Shown: positions 1-12,416 of the stretch, one piece after another
Layout: the number at the start of each line of letters is the position of its first letter
How positions within the stretch are numbered: the stretch's first letter is position 1
From: Patellaria atrata CBS 101060
Lineage: Eukaryota
Length of the DNA: 50,491 nucleotides
NCBI GenBank assembly: GCA_010093705.1
Contig: MU006093.1
Location: 615,557-666,047 of the forward strand
Direction of reading: 5' to 3'
Notes under the pieces: model-generated
What the model was told of the DNA's origin: nothing
The model's database searches: none
The model's input: only the letters and a program-made list of their open reading frames with translations
Position numbers and translations under genes: made by a program

Positions 1-90
1 ACTGTAGGATCCTGGCTCGGTACAGGACTTTGTTGTTTCCATTTCATCGGCTAGTATCGCCGTCTGTTTCATAACATCGGAGAATGAGCT

Positions 91-582
91 TCATAACGTT
101 AGCCCCTTTGCTCGCATCAAGTAGTCGTACAACCGAAGCGCGGTATCGAGATCCTTCTGTGATGGTACGGAAATTGCATCCCTAGCCTGTCTCTGCGTCT
201 CCAATTCTTCCTCGTCTTGGTCCATACCGAGCTTAACATCCATCTCTTCCTCATCTAAAAACTCAAAATCTACTCCATCTATCTCAACTCCTCTCGTATC
301 TCCTATCGATCGTAAATGATTCAGTATCTTCTTCCTCGTCCGTTCGTACACATTGCGATTGACGCTACGGGGAATCGCCGTACGGTTGTCATCCAGTATG
401 AGGTGCTCTGCTATCTCATCTGCGAAAGGGGTGGAATGAGGCGGGAGTTCGTATGCCAGTACGCTAGGAACCAGATTTTTGTCATAAGTCAGTTCGTCGC
501 GCCGCATTTGAATTGCGATGCTACGTCGGTCTTCGTTGAACATAGAGTCTTCGTACTCTTTAGGGGTGCTTAGTTCAACCAT
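91..582 (-). CDS. Hypothetical acidic protein (upstream exon possible)
   Basis: Open frame of about 163 aa from ATG 582 with protein-like composition; no family recognised. Confidence 0.45.
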   Translation of the reverse strand: MVELSTPKEYEDSMFNEDRRSIAIQMRRDELTYDKNLVPSVLAYELPPHSTPFADEIAEHLILDDNRTAIPRSVNRNVYERTRKKILNHLRSIGDTRGVEIDGVDFEFLDEEEMDVKLGMDQDEEELETQRQARDAISVPSQKDLDTALRLYDYLMRAKGLTL

Positions 583-880
583 TCCCAAGGTGTTAAGTGT
601 ATAAGTGTATGGATTTGTGATAAGGATGTGCGCTTGTATAGGGGGTGTGAATGAGTGACGGTAAGGTAATGGTTGTATAGAATGTGTATCACATAATGGT
701 GAGGCATCAACATTAGCAAAAAATAATCATGTTACACTTGATAGATGTCTTACCCACTTTACGTGCTGGGCACTCTTCCCTAAGAAGATCAAAATTCACA
801 CACAACACCAAACCACGTGATCTACCCGCTCTTAGCTCTTGCACCTTATATACCAAATTTTCTGCAGCTATTTCCATAAC

Positions 881-1042
881 CCCCGGGAGTAGCTCAGTGG
901 AAGCGCCACTGGGCAACATCGACAGCCCCGGGGGTCGACTCCTCAAGGGGGCAAATAGCCCCCATACCTCGGGCCCATTTGGGGCAGCAGATGTACCACG
1001 TCGTCTTCGGAGGGCGTGGGAACTGTTTTGCTTCTTTTTTTA
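881..1042 (+). ncRNA. Candidate Pol III / tRNA-derived structured small RNA (or SINE-like element)
   Basis: TTATATA at 846-852; A-box-like TAGCTCAGTGG at 890-900; B-box-like GGTCGACTCC at 933-942; several GC-rich hairpins including one with a TTCG loop; T-run terminator at about 1035-1041; second B-box-like GGTTCGAGTAC at 1091-1101. Confidence 0.4.
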
Positions 1043-1370
1043 TTCAAACATTTATGTTATGCATAGAGTGGATGCGCGATGCTTTTTGCAGGTTCGAGTA
1101 CTGACGTAAGCGTTATATGTATGGCTTGGGGATTATGGACACGAAGTGGGTGAAAAATATATAAGTCGAAAATATGTTACTATTGATTTATACAAGATAA
1201 TTATTATATAGACAATACCTCCTAAAGATCTTGCATTAGGACTCGTAGATTAGACAGTCCAATACAGATTCACTCACAAGATCCCAACCACCTCCCCTAA
1301 CTCCAATGACAAGACCAGAAAACTTCATTCCAAACCTTTGGACCCATTGTCCGCCCTCCCAATTATACCC

Positions 1371-1715
1371 TCACAACCCCATCCCAACCCCAGCAGCCAC
1401 AGCACCCCATCTAAGCAGTTCCTGCAACCCCACCGTCGCAGTCGGAGCCGCACCCGAACTCGTCGGCGTAACAGGTGCTCCGACCTCCGTATTTGCAGAT
1501 CTACTCGTTGTCGCTGGGCCTGGAGGTGCACTGGTACCCGTGCCAGGGAGCATCTCTGTGTTCGCGGTTCGCGATGTCACGGCCGGGGCGGAAGAGACGG
1601 AGCCGATGGTGGTTGGACCAGCGGACTCGGTGTTGGCGGTGCGGGTGGTGATGTCCTCTGCGTAGGCGGTTGTGAGGAGGGCGAGGACGGGGATCAGGAT
1701 CGTGAGGAGATACAT
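1371..1715 (-). CDS. Small secreted Ser/Thr-rich, probably GPI-anchored cell-surface protein
   Basis: Signal peptide MYLLTILIPVLALLTTAYA; three T(T/S)R(T/S)ANTE repeats; SSGAA omega-like site and hydrophobic C-terminal tail. Confidence 0.8.
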   Translation of the reverse strand: MYLLTILIPVLALLTTAYAEDITTRTANTESAGPTTIGSVSSAPAVTSRTANTEMLPGTGTSAPPGPATTSRSANTEVGAPVTPTSSGAAPTATVGLQELLRWGAVAAGVGMGL

Positions 1716-3449
1716 AGTGTATGGTTTTTTTATGGGTGGTGGGTTGGTTCGATAGTGTTGAATGGATATAGAGCTCTCTGGTAGATTGTGGACGGTCAAT
1801 TGGGTGTTGAACAGAGCTCAGAGGGATATCTTCAGTTAATTGCAAGGGTTCGGTTTGTTGGAGGTTGGAGGGTGGTATGCGAGTCGGTTGGCTGGGAATC
1901 TAACACGGTATAAATATTCTCTGCATTCCCCTGAATATACTGGGCAGGCTCTGGTAGATTAGCGACGCTGTTACTTGACGTAGGTGGATCATCAGCATAT
2001 CGTGCTGCGACATGATGGGTTGCGATAAGAGGATCGCCCTCCAGCCTCCCAGTCGGGGTGCGGTTGAGATAAGGGATAAGGCATATTGCTCCCGAACAGG
2101 ATCGAGTTTATTGGTTATTCTGAGAAAAGCATGCGTTTGGAGAGCTCCTTCGGCTTAATAGCCTAGGATACTGATGAGTGGGATCTGATCTTTGCTAGAG
2201 GTGAAGAGATGGAAGGTTAGTGGTGATAGGTAGGGAGATGACGTCGGGTTGGTACATAATGGCTGGGCGCGTTTGTAGCGCGTCTATTTCATTCGTTAAG
2301 ATACATCTCAGACGACTCTCTATATTTATCTATCATCAAGCCTACATCAAGGTAAGTGGATTCAAAGGAAATTATGAGCACTATATTAACTGTACTCACG
2401 CAGAAACAAAGATGGTAGTCGGAGTACTGCAATGCTACCTTGGTCAACATCATAACGACAAACTATCTCCGCGCACGTGGATCTCTAGAAATCCTGAAGC
2501 GTCGCGCAGCACTGAAAGCATTTTAATCTCAACGGGCTTCAATTCAATTGCTTTTAGGCCCTAAGGGTTGTTGTTACCGCTCGTCAATGGTTCAGATCTC
2601 GAATGTTCTGCATTCGTACCTTGATCGCGAGTCAGATTCATGAAGGCAGCAGTTATGGTACTTGCCCGAGCAATATCGACCTAAGCAGAGGCTCAATGGC
2701 TCGTGGAAATAAATTCCATCTGCTTTGAGCACATTGAAAGATACTCTACGGAAGTCTTAGGTAGCCGGTGATGAGCGTCTCAAGACAAGATTGTTGACTA
2801 GTAGACTTCCTAGAGCAAATATCCCATCTCTTCTTTAAATACCTCTTTCAGTCACGGTACTCCTCAGCGAAGCCGAATTATCTCCCATGGATACCAACTA
2901 CAGTATTGGACGTCTTTAAGACCACCCTTTACCTTACCTTGTTAACATGCCCTCGGACGTAGGAGGCTGGCGCCGAATGCGCGGAGTAACGGTAATTCAA
3001 CATCAATAAGCTCATTACCTAGCTTGAGGTTGATTACAAGTTTACTTAGATCTTCTGATGGATCCTATAATTTTACGAGGAATCAACCGGCCTATGCAAT
3101 ATTACCAATAATGCCAATCTTGGCAATGGTGTGCCTTACTGATGAATTCATTATGCGTGAAGTTATCTTCTGGAGCAATGTTTAGGCTAACGAATTTAGC
3201 ATTCGTCCGTCAATTCCCCGTGCTTTACGGAGGTACAGTGGTACGGATCTGGTTTTGAATTAGTCAGTTGTTAACGATGTCGCCGTTTATACGGAACTCA
3301 ACTAGAGCTCTATCCATCGAGCCCGTGAGTACATAAGGGACTATAAAGATGAGGCTCAAGAGCTTGGAATTGAGGACCTTAAAGTCATATAAACCATCGA
3401 AATCTCATTCTCGGATTTGCTATAGGCCAATATCTGAATACAGAACAGA

Positions 3450-4535
3450 ATGGATCCCTCAACCTGGTCCTCCCTAGCAGCCATCAACCCTGAATCTAAA
3501 GAAGTGAGTCTATGTTCTCCCAATTGCACCCAAGACAGCCCATTCCTGAGCAGTTCCCAATTCCTCGACAAAGTCAGGCCCTTTCCTCTGCTCCCCTCAG
3601 TAGACCCCGCCGTCAACTCCCTCCCCTTCCACGAAATCCGCGAACGTGAACACGCCACCTGGGAAATGCTCCGTCGCTCCCCATCCGACTAACCCACCAT
3701 CCGCCGCACCAGCATCACAATCCCCGCGTGTGACGGCTACCCTCTCCGAACCCACCTACGAGCCCACCAACGCACCCTCAGAAGGCAGCCCCCTAATCCA
3801 CTACGTCCGCGGGGGTGCCTACGTCATGAGCAGCGCAGCCGTAGAGGAACGGTTCATGTACGAATTTCCCTCCCAACTCAACGCCGTGGTCATCGCACCC
3901 ACATACCGCCTCGCGCCCGAGCAGGCCTTCCCCACCGGCCCAGAAGATATCTGGGACGCCTTCAAACACGTCGCCTCCAATCACACCTCGATATCCCCTC
4001 ATATTGACATTGGTAAAGGTTTCATCGTCGCTGGTACCTCTGCCGGTGCCAACGCCGGTGCCGTCCTCGCCCTACGCGCTAGAGACGCGGAAATCGCCCC
4101 GAAGCTGACGGTCCAGGTTCTCTTGGCCCGACACACGCTCCCGCACCCTCCTTCAGCATACATATATCCATCGGAGCATACGTCGCGCAAGCAGAATGCG
4201 AGCGCCCCCGCGTTCGACACCTCGTTTCTCGACTGGCTGTTCGCGCACTACGCGCCGCCGCCGAGGTGCGGGCGGTTTGCGCCGCTGCTGTAGGAGACGG
4301 GACATGCGGGGTTCCCTGCGGCGTATGTGCAGATGGCGGGCATGGATCCGGTGAGGGATGATGGGTTGGTTTATGAGAGAAGGGTTAGGGGGGAGGGCGC
4401 AGGACAAGGTTGGATGTGTATGAGGGCGTGCCACATGCGTCTAGTGCGTTTTTGCCGCAGTTAGAGGTAGGTAAGAGGGCATTGGGGGATTTGATTGAGG
4501 GAGTGAAGTGGTTGCTTGAGGGCGGCGCGGAATAG
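3450..4535 (+). pseudogene. Alpha/beta hydrolase (Abhydrolase_3 / HSL-like lipase-esterase) pseudogene
   Basis: Motifs YRLAPE, GTSAG, AGMDPVRDDG and VYEGVPH; disrupted by TAA 3690-3692, a frameshift near 3755, TAG 4291-4293 and a second frameshift near 4400. Confidence 0.8.
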
Positions 4536-5116
4536 GTGGTTGGGTTGGGGGAGTGGTTTACTTGAGAATAGATGATTGGGGTCGTTCACGGCATGTGGAG
4601 GAGGCTCGGGTTATCTATTTGATGATATCCGCTTGATGTTGATTGTACTTACCCTATTCGCAACATTTCCTAAACGAGTGAAATGTCAAACTGTACAACT
4701 CAACCGGGTCATCAAGAACATTATATGCAGGGTCTCACTCAAAGAATACAGCCCTGAGGAGGAAGTAGAGGTTGAATGATAGTTCCGCACGCACATAACC
4801 CAGAGTACACCTTCGTTCCATTGCTTATGTCTGAAAATACACAATTAGGGAGATCATGCTAGTCAGACTCCGATATTATACACGAGGTTGTAAACACAAG
4901 GACAGTATTTATCACGTGCCAACAAAGATGATACGGGACGACATCGCATTGCAACCTGTGGATCCGACCGCTGAAATTATATGTCACCTCCTTGAAGGCG
5001 ACGTCAACGATGCGGCGGATCTACTTGCTGGTTGCAGTCGACCCAGATAATACTCCATCCTCAGCACTTCTGAACTTGAAATGAAATCCCTTCATTCCTA
5101 GATTACATGGAACACA

Positions 5117-6462
5117 CTACTCAGCATAGGAGTTTTTGACTGTCCTTCCGCTCCTCGTGGTCCTTGATACAGCGGTATCGGCTTTCAAATCTTTCGGAGC
5201 TTTCAAGCGCTTCTTCTTTGTGTTTTGCTCGACGCCGTTTTGTGAAAGTGCTATTGTGTCAGCATCGTTACGAGATAATTTGGTGTCCATTGGCTCTTCT
5301 GTAGTTAAAGGAACATTAACATCTTGGGCATCTTCCGCAGTTGAAGGCATATCAATGCCCTCGGACTCGTGCTGTGAAGCAAGTGTGGAAGGAGGATTGA
5401 CCGGAGACTTATTGATGTGTATTTCCCTCAACTTAGCAGTGTTATCGTCTACCGCAGCATCCACTTCTGGGTCCTCGAAGCTCGTTGATTCATCAGCGCC
5501 GTCAATCTCCGCTGGAATCTTGAGCACCTTTGTAGGTGATGCTACGTTTGCCACTTCGGCGTCTGCGTCTTTGTCGACCTTGCGTTTACGCTTAGGGGAT
5601 TGAGGGGCTTCCTTGTTCTTCTTCTTCGCCTCTACGGCACCGGATAGTTCTCCCGGGGGACGTTTCGTCACCTCTCCAGTTTCGACATCCTTCTTAATCA
5701 AAGCTTGGGCAGCTTCATCAAGGTCGTCAAACCCGTCCAAATTCCCAGATTGAACACGAGCTTTCACTTGTCGCAACTCCTTTGGAGAAATACAGTCCCA
5801 GTGTTTGAATTTGAAAGTGAGATGTTCCTGAAAGAAACTGGGGATGCAGAGCATCAAGTCTCCTTTGGCGATTCTGATACCCTGGTTCTTACATAGTGAG
5901 CCAATACAGCTCGATCGATTCGAGGTTGCAAGATCCACTTTGATCGGGTCACCCTCATCAGGACCGCGCTGGCCTACAAACGTACGATCTGGTACGTGTC
6001 CTAACGCGAAGGCGGCGCGGACCTGTTCTTGGCTTGCATCGTCAATAACACCCCATCCGGGAGCATCTTCAGGATTCTCATCCGCGATCTCGATGAAAGT
6101 GCGCAGTTGAGCCTTCGATATGCAACGCCTTCGCAGTCGTAAGATATTGTGGTCGAGGAAGTTGAATGGATGAACGCTTACCAGTGTTTCCATCGCCAGA
6201 TATACTTCTCTTCTAGTTGGAAGTAGGTCCATGTTCCGAACCTGAGTTCACCGGCTTCGATGATCGTGTTAGAGCGCTTGCATTCGGCTTTCTGGCAGAC
6301 CGCTACGGTGCTTGACGCGTGCTCTGAACAATCAGTTGAGGTTCCTACTATTGATCGGATCACTTCAGTCTACGTACGAATCGTGTGCTTTGGAGTGTCA
6401 TCCTCAACAAGCGAAGTATCACTCAGCTTTGTTGATTGCTTCGTGGTCTTTGTTAAAGCCAT
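5117..6462 (-). CDS. Protein with two PARP-type zinc fingers and a disordered acidic/basic C-terminus
   Basis: Introns 6377-6324 and 6181-6129 join CQKAEC...KHWRC and CIGSLC...KHWDC (zf-PARP pattern); NLS-like PKRKRK; no PARP catalytic domain visible. Confidence 0.8.
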
Positions 6463-7781
6463 GCTTGCGGAAGCGATAAGGGGATTATTTGCATTCAGTT
6501 ACTGGAGTCAGAAGCAGATTGTTTTGAGTGTCGTTCAAATGGGCGAAGCGGGATTTATATTCGAGTTTCGGATCGAGACCCCAAAAGGAAGGAACTGGGA
6601 AGGTACGCAAGACCCGGTGGGGGACAGGACTAACCCCGCATTCTGCTTTGAAATGTTTGGTGATATAAGTGAGGTGACAACCTAATGGAGAGATTCAAAG
6701 TGTACGGTGAATAACTCTACTCTCTAAGGTGGGTATGACCAGTCTTGCTTGCTTATTAAATGGAACAGAAGTATGAGCCAACTCGAGGTAAGAACCATTT
6801 CCTCACCCATAGTGTGATTTCATTACAATAGAACAACCGGAAGGATAAGCGTATATCAAGCGCTATCTGAAGAACCTTCATTTTTCCTTCTAAGGGAACA
6901 GATTCATCACTTTCGCGTTTACTGTTATCATGAGCAGTCAACATGGGAAATAACAAAATACTACACCTAGTTTGTATGCTTTGTTCTCTCGTTCCTACTC
7001 GGCCAGATGTTAAGTATCACCTTCACTCCTATCGTGCCTAAGGTAAGATATTATCCTTCCTTCAGAAGTTTTGAATGCTTTTACTTAGCACTGCATCCGT
7101 CTGAAATATGGGCCAGCAGCGTATTATTAGAAGATTACATTTAGAGAGACCCCGTTTCTTGTACAGTACAGCAAGCTGAAGTGGAACTATAATCTTCGGG
7201 ATATTCCGACCGTTTCCGACTATGAGTTTTACTGCACAGCACAACACTTCTACTGGAGAACACAGCAGTCACGAACGAGTAACGTGGAAGGGATATACAG
7301 GCTCAAATTAGACGAAAAAGACAATGGAAGGAACAAACCATCGAATCTATGGGACGAGAGGCAGCAGCCGACGATGTGATGTCGAGGCGCAAGCGGAACG
7401 GAAAAATAAATCGGCGGACCTGGCAGCCTTGACAAGGTACTGGCAAGACAAGGTCGAAGACTCACCAGAGTCCCAACAATTTTGGAACTCGAAGCTGACG
7501 ATGTTCAGGTGAGAACCGCACGCGGACGGACAGCCTGCAAGTTCCTCTGTCATTCTTTTCTACCTTGACATCTCATAAGCCACAATGAAATGAAGTAATC
7601 TGCATTTTTCCTTTTAGATTCTCATTTTCCCCATTTTACCCCCATTCCGTCTGCTGTCCTCATTGTACAAGTACACACTCAGCTCGGCTTCTCCACAGCC
7701 CGCCTTCACCTCCGCTTTTTATTGTATCCCTCGCTTTTCAAAATAGTTACTTTTAAGATAAAAGAGTGAACAACCGGCAAT

Positions 7782-9074
7782 ATGCTGGACCCAAACCCGA
7801 TAGCTAACCCTTCAATCCTCGTGCACCTTACCGAACCCATCGCCGAGTACCTCTCGCTCAAGACCCTCCACCTCCACAGCCATGAAGTCTTATTCGCAGC
7901 TGGCATGTACCATCTTATATGTCGCTTCGTCTCGCCATTCCTCTCCAACCTGATATGTCCTTCCATATACAGCAAACTGAATCCCCGAACGAGGATAAAT
8001 TGGGACGTGCATGTGGTATCCTTTGTGCAGAGTACTCTTATCTCAGTCATGGCCTTCTGGATCATGCTATACGATGATGACAGGTCAGAAATGAACTGGA
8101 GAGGACGAGTCTATGGATACACGGGCTCCTTGGGCTTACTACAAGCGTTTGCGGCGGGCTATTTCTTGTGGGACTTCTTCATCAGCACGTACTACGTGGG
8201 AATATTTGGCATAGGGCTATGGTTTCATGCGCTATCAGCGTTAAGCGTGTACACTCTTGGCTTTGTAAGAGATAACCCTTTTCCTTAGCACCTTTCATTC
8301 CCTTACATAGTCATCCTATTACTACTTTTTGCCTATGCATAACCCCCTGGTTAAGGATATATGAGTCACTTTGTTATCGATATCTGGCTTACCCATCATT
8401 AGCGTCCATTCCTCAACTTTTATGGCCCCACTTTCATCCTGTACGAGCTCTCTTCCCCATTCCTCAACATCCACTGGTTCTGCGACAAGCTCAACCTCAC
8501 CGGCTCCAAAATCCAACTCTACAACGGAATCATCCTTCTTACAACCTTTTTCTTCTGTCGAATCATTTGGGGGACTTACAACTCGTTCCATGTCTTCTAT
8601 GATATCTGGACCGCGAGCCGTCACCATGGAATCGACTTCGATGAGAAGTTTCCTCCTGGGGCCTCTGCAGATCCTATTATTAGCCCGAACAATGTGGGAG
8701 GTTCTACAATGCTACGTTTTCATAACTCCCAGATGGATGTCGTACCCCTCTGGCTCGCCGTAGCATACCTCTCGGCCAACATGACGCTTCACGCGCTCAA
8801 CTTCTTCTGGTTTGGCAAGATGATCGCGACGATCCGTAAGCGATTTGATCCCCCTCTTGGCACTCGCGCTAAGGTTCAGAAACTGCCACCTACAAAAAAC
8901 GAAGATAAAGTCTTTGTTGAAGGTGTGGACGTCGAGACTGACGATGAGGTGGATTTGGTGACGGGGAAGAAGACGAAGGGTGTTGAGGTTGAGGTGATGA
9001 GAGGTGTAGACTTGGATGGGAGAAAGACGGTGGAGGTTGAGGGAACGCAGGTGAGGAGTCGAAGACGTGGGTAA
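7782..9074 (+). CDS. TLC (TRAM/LAG1/CLN8) domain membrane protein, TMEM56-like
   Basis: WDVHVVSFVQS, GYFLWD and ELSSPFLNIHW motifs; one intron at about 8266-8402. Confidence 0.9.
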
Positions 9075-9734
9075 GGTGGATACGGGTCGGATAGGACGAT
9101 AGGGGCCGAGCGTTGGAATCTAGGGTTTTCGGATCGGGTCGGGTCGGGTCGGAGAGGTCACGGCACCGAGATGAGTCAGGTCTGGATTGGAACCTGTGGC
9201 GGAACGGTAACCGTGCTCAAAAAGGTAAATTACGGTACTTTATCTACTCCACTGTCATGTTGGAAACATAATAGATCAATTACTACTTTTTCATTATTAC
9301 TTTGAGGACGCATGACCTGCATGCATATCTCACCTTGTACGTAAACAGACTGGAATGGCGTTGTACAGTACAAAGACGCTAAAGGAAAAAATCATCATCA
9401 ATGGATATCGTGCGAGATGACATAGATCGACGTGACCGCATAAACAGATGAGAGAAGGGGTATATGACAACAGACATCGCCAGACTCCACTCCCGAACTC
9501 CAATCACACCAGCGTACCGAAAAAGTGAATGTACGCCGTTCTCTTACCTTGCCGTGGCGCCTCTAGCTTACTGTATGCTTACCTCAGAATAAGTTCTGAA
9601 ATTTCCGTACATCTCCGGGATATCCCCCCACCGGGCCGAAATTCATGTTCCACAATGACCGTACATCCTGTACAATACACCCACCCCTCTCACCTCCCCC
9701 TTTTCCCAATCCCAACAGCACAACCCCTCTCTTC

Positions 9735-11323
9735 TTACTCCTCCCAAGGCATCTCCCTCGCCTCAACACGCGTACACACCAAATACCCCAACCCGCCGCC
9801 TCCCCCCTCTCTGCCGAAATCCCCCTCGAGGAAATTCCGCATTAGCGGCTTGACGAGGTCGCAAGCTTGGTGTTTCAGCTCGTCCATCTTGCGCTCGAAG
9901 CGGCGCAGGTTGTCGCGCGTGTACGAGTCCGGGTGGAGCTTGAGGAAGCGCTTGAGCTCGTCGTGCGGGAGGTAGGATGCGCCGCCGGTGCCGAGGAGGC
10001 GGAATGTGCGGCCTGTGTTGTGAGGGGGAGGGGAGTGGGAGGTAGGGGGGTTCTGGGACGCAGATGTTGAGTGAACATGGGTGGAGGAGGAGGTGGTGCT
10101 GTGCCCCCGCGAGTGTGAGGGACGAGCGTGCGATGAGTCCTTGAGTATGGGGGCTGGAGGCGGGGTTGTGGATTCGGCGAGCCACTGTCTGAAGAAGCTC
10201 ATGGCGAGCCAGTCCAACCATGCGTTGGACGGTGTGACGCGCTCACCGCGGGAGGTCGTCAGTGTCAAGCGGAAGAGTTTGCCTTCTATTTTCGTTTTTA
10301 GCTCTTCGAGCTCGTCGACTTTGTCTTCGATCAGGTCGAGCACTGCGACTGGGACTTGGTTGCGTAGCTGTGGGGCGCCGGCGGGCCATTGGCCGACGAC
10401 GTGGATTAGGGCTTCGGAGAAGATGGCGCGACTCCGTGCGAGATAGGCCAGTTTGAGGTAACTGGGCGGGTACTTTGCGATTTGCTTCCAGAGGCGGGAT
10501 TGGAAGCGAAGGAGGTGATGGTCGATGCGGGGACCAATGACGTCGAGGGCGTCGTACATGTCGGCGAGTTGGAGGAGGGACTTGCATTCGACGTAGGCCT
10601 GGGCGATGTTGATTGGGTCGAGGGCAGGAGCGTAGTTGTAGAAGACGCGGAGGAGGTTTTCATAGTCGCGGAAGAGTTCGTCGTCTGGGTCGCTCGAGGT
10701 GTGGGGTTGCGAGGAGATGTTGAGGGCGGAGAAGTTGGCCATGCTGCGGAAGAAGCCGGTTTGAGGTGCAGAGGGTTTATTGCGGACTGGTGGAGGAAGA
10801 GGGGAGTTATCACCGCCAAAGAGAGAGGTGGTGTCCTAGAGCGCGGTTAGTATAGGGACGGAGATGGTTGGATATGGTTCTGGGCTACCTTTTGAACCAG
10901 CATGGGTATTTCGTCGTCCTTATTCCCCCAGTCCAATTCATACCTCCACCTCTTTTTAAGCACCAGAGCTCCATCCGTAGTCCCTCCACTCGGTATCCTC
11001 TCCAACGGCCTTCCATTACTCGGTCCAGTCTGCCCTTGCGTCTTGGACCATTCCTCACTCGTGCTCGCCTCAAAGAATCCAGAACATTGCGTCAATATTA
11101 TCTTGTGTAACAGATACCGCTTCTCTTTCCTTCCGTTCGATATGACAATCTCGACGTCGCCTGTGTGACTGAAAACGGGGAATTCATTCTGCGGTTGGTA
11201 CGATGCGCCGCCGTGGTGGGATCGCCCGTGTCGGTGTCGTCGCACGGTCGAACTATGGGATGCGATGGAGGGAGGTCTACGGAGTGAGAGCGCGCGCTCT
11301 GTGGACTCGGGGTGGGAGACCAT
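9735..11323 (-). CDS. Conserved fungal BTB/POZ-like domain protein
   Basis: GDVEIVI...YLLHKIILTQCSGFF BTB-like start; intron 10888-10836 joins to ORF 9735-10742 (LLQLADMYDAL, IFSEALIHVVG). Confidence 0.8.
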
Positions 11324-11777
11324 CTGGAGCTGGAGGTCGCCAGTACCTCCAAGCTGGCCGAAGAGGGTAGAGAGATAATCAGCTTCTAGGGATGCTAGAT
11401 GTGTAAAACTTTGAGGTCGGAATTAGTCGAGCTAGGAGCGCGTATGCTCGAGACAGACCGGGGAGTCAAGATATTGGGATTGTGTGTGGCTAAGGTCGCA
11501 AACCCCCGGGCTTGTTCCGGACAGTCCACCTCCACACCATTGGACTGTCCGGATCTCTGGTGGAAGTAAAGGCGGTAAATACCCCTGGTAACATATTAAA
11601 GCTACTGTGTAAAAACATCGGCTATATCTCGTAATATACGAGAGTAAATAATATTATAGTAGCTCGTTTTTAATACTATCTTTGATAGAGATCTTTACGA
11701 GGGGGATTTTAAGGCGGAATTTTGAGAAAAAAATATAAAGAGATAAATGTAATATTATTTTTAAAAATAAATATAAT

Positions 11778-12019
11778 TGTTACGACTATGGGAGTTTACA
11801 CTCGTCGAGACGGAACAAGACAAGTCTAGAGACGCGCAAGGTTTCTCACTGGTAAGAGACCTCCTATCTTCGTACAAAGGTAGGGTCTGGTTTTCGCTTC
11901 GTGTTAGATAGAACGTGTAAAGGTTACACTTCAAGTTAACGATATAACTTGCTGACTCCTCTACTCTTCCGTCCTCTTCAGTTGTCGGAATGATTAAGAC
12001 AAGGTCCACTGTACTGACA
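11778..12019. repeat. Possible solo LTR fragment
   Basis: TGTTACG...CTGACA termini and an abrupt composition change from the AT-rich host element; no TSD found. Confidence 0.35.
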
Positions 12020-12047
12020 CAGCTTGATAAGGACTAGTTAAGCTGAC

Positions 12048-12413
12048 TGTAACTTCCAATCTTACAGTAAGATATATTGGTAAGATGGTAAGAAGAACTA
12101 ACGTGTTTCACCACTCAAGTGGCCACTTGAGTGGGGTGGCCACTTGAGTGGTGAGACACGTTTACGAAGAATCTAAATACATGTGTAAAGGAGCGTCGTT
12201 AAGTATTCCTTCTTCACAGTCCTGATTTCCTGTACTCGCTGCTCGTTGCTCGCTCGTCTGTCACTCCTCACCGAGCGTCAAGCACCGATCACTTTAGTTA
12301 CGTGACGCCCGTGGCACTGACTTTCTCCCATGACTGTGCCGAGTGGTCTCTTTCTCTCCCCCACTGAGGGCCCACTCGCCTACTGCATGTCTTTTACAAC
12401 TTGTGCCGTAACA
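12048..12413. repeat. Solo LTR-like repeat (related copy at 49029-49310)
   Basis: TGTAAC...GTAACA termini; about 90 bp, excluding the mini-element insertion, clearly similar to 49029-49120. Confidence 0.65.
12101..12161. mobile_element. 61-bp TIR-only Tc1/mariner (Fot1/pogo-type) mini element
   Basis: 26-bp TIRs ACGTGT(T/C)TCACCACTCAAGTGGCCAC with one mismatch; inserted at a TA that is empty in the paralogous repeat at about 49060. Confidence 0.8.
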
Positions 12414-12416
12414 AAT

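Noticed and set aside
900..935. HDV-like ribozyme (GCGCC..CTGGGCAACAT resemblance)
   Set aside because: I could not build the P3/L3 and nested pseudoknot pairings
883..950. Canonical tRNA gene
   Set aside because: A/B-box-like motifs are present, but no anticodon stem or acceptor pairing can be formed
2220..3340. Short ORFs or a possible decayed gene
   Set aside because: No recognisable motif in any frame examined
9081..9152. GGGTC simple repeats
   Set aside because: Short low-complexity 3' UTR sequence
12101..12161. CRISPR-like or operator palindrome
   Set aside because: Eukaryotic context, no spacers; explained as transposon TIRs
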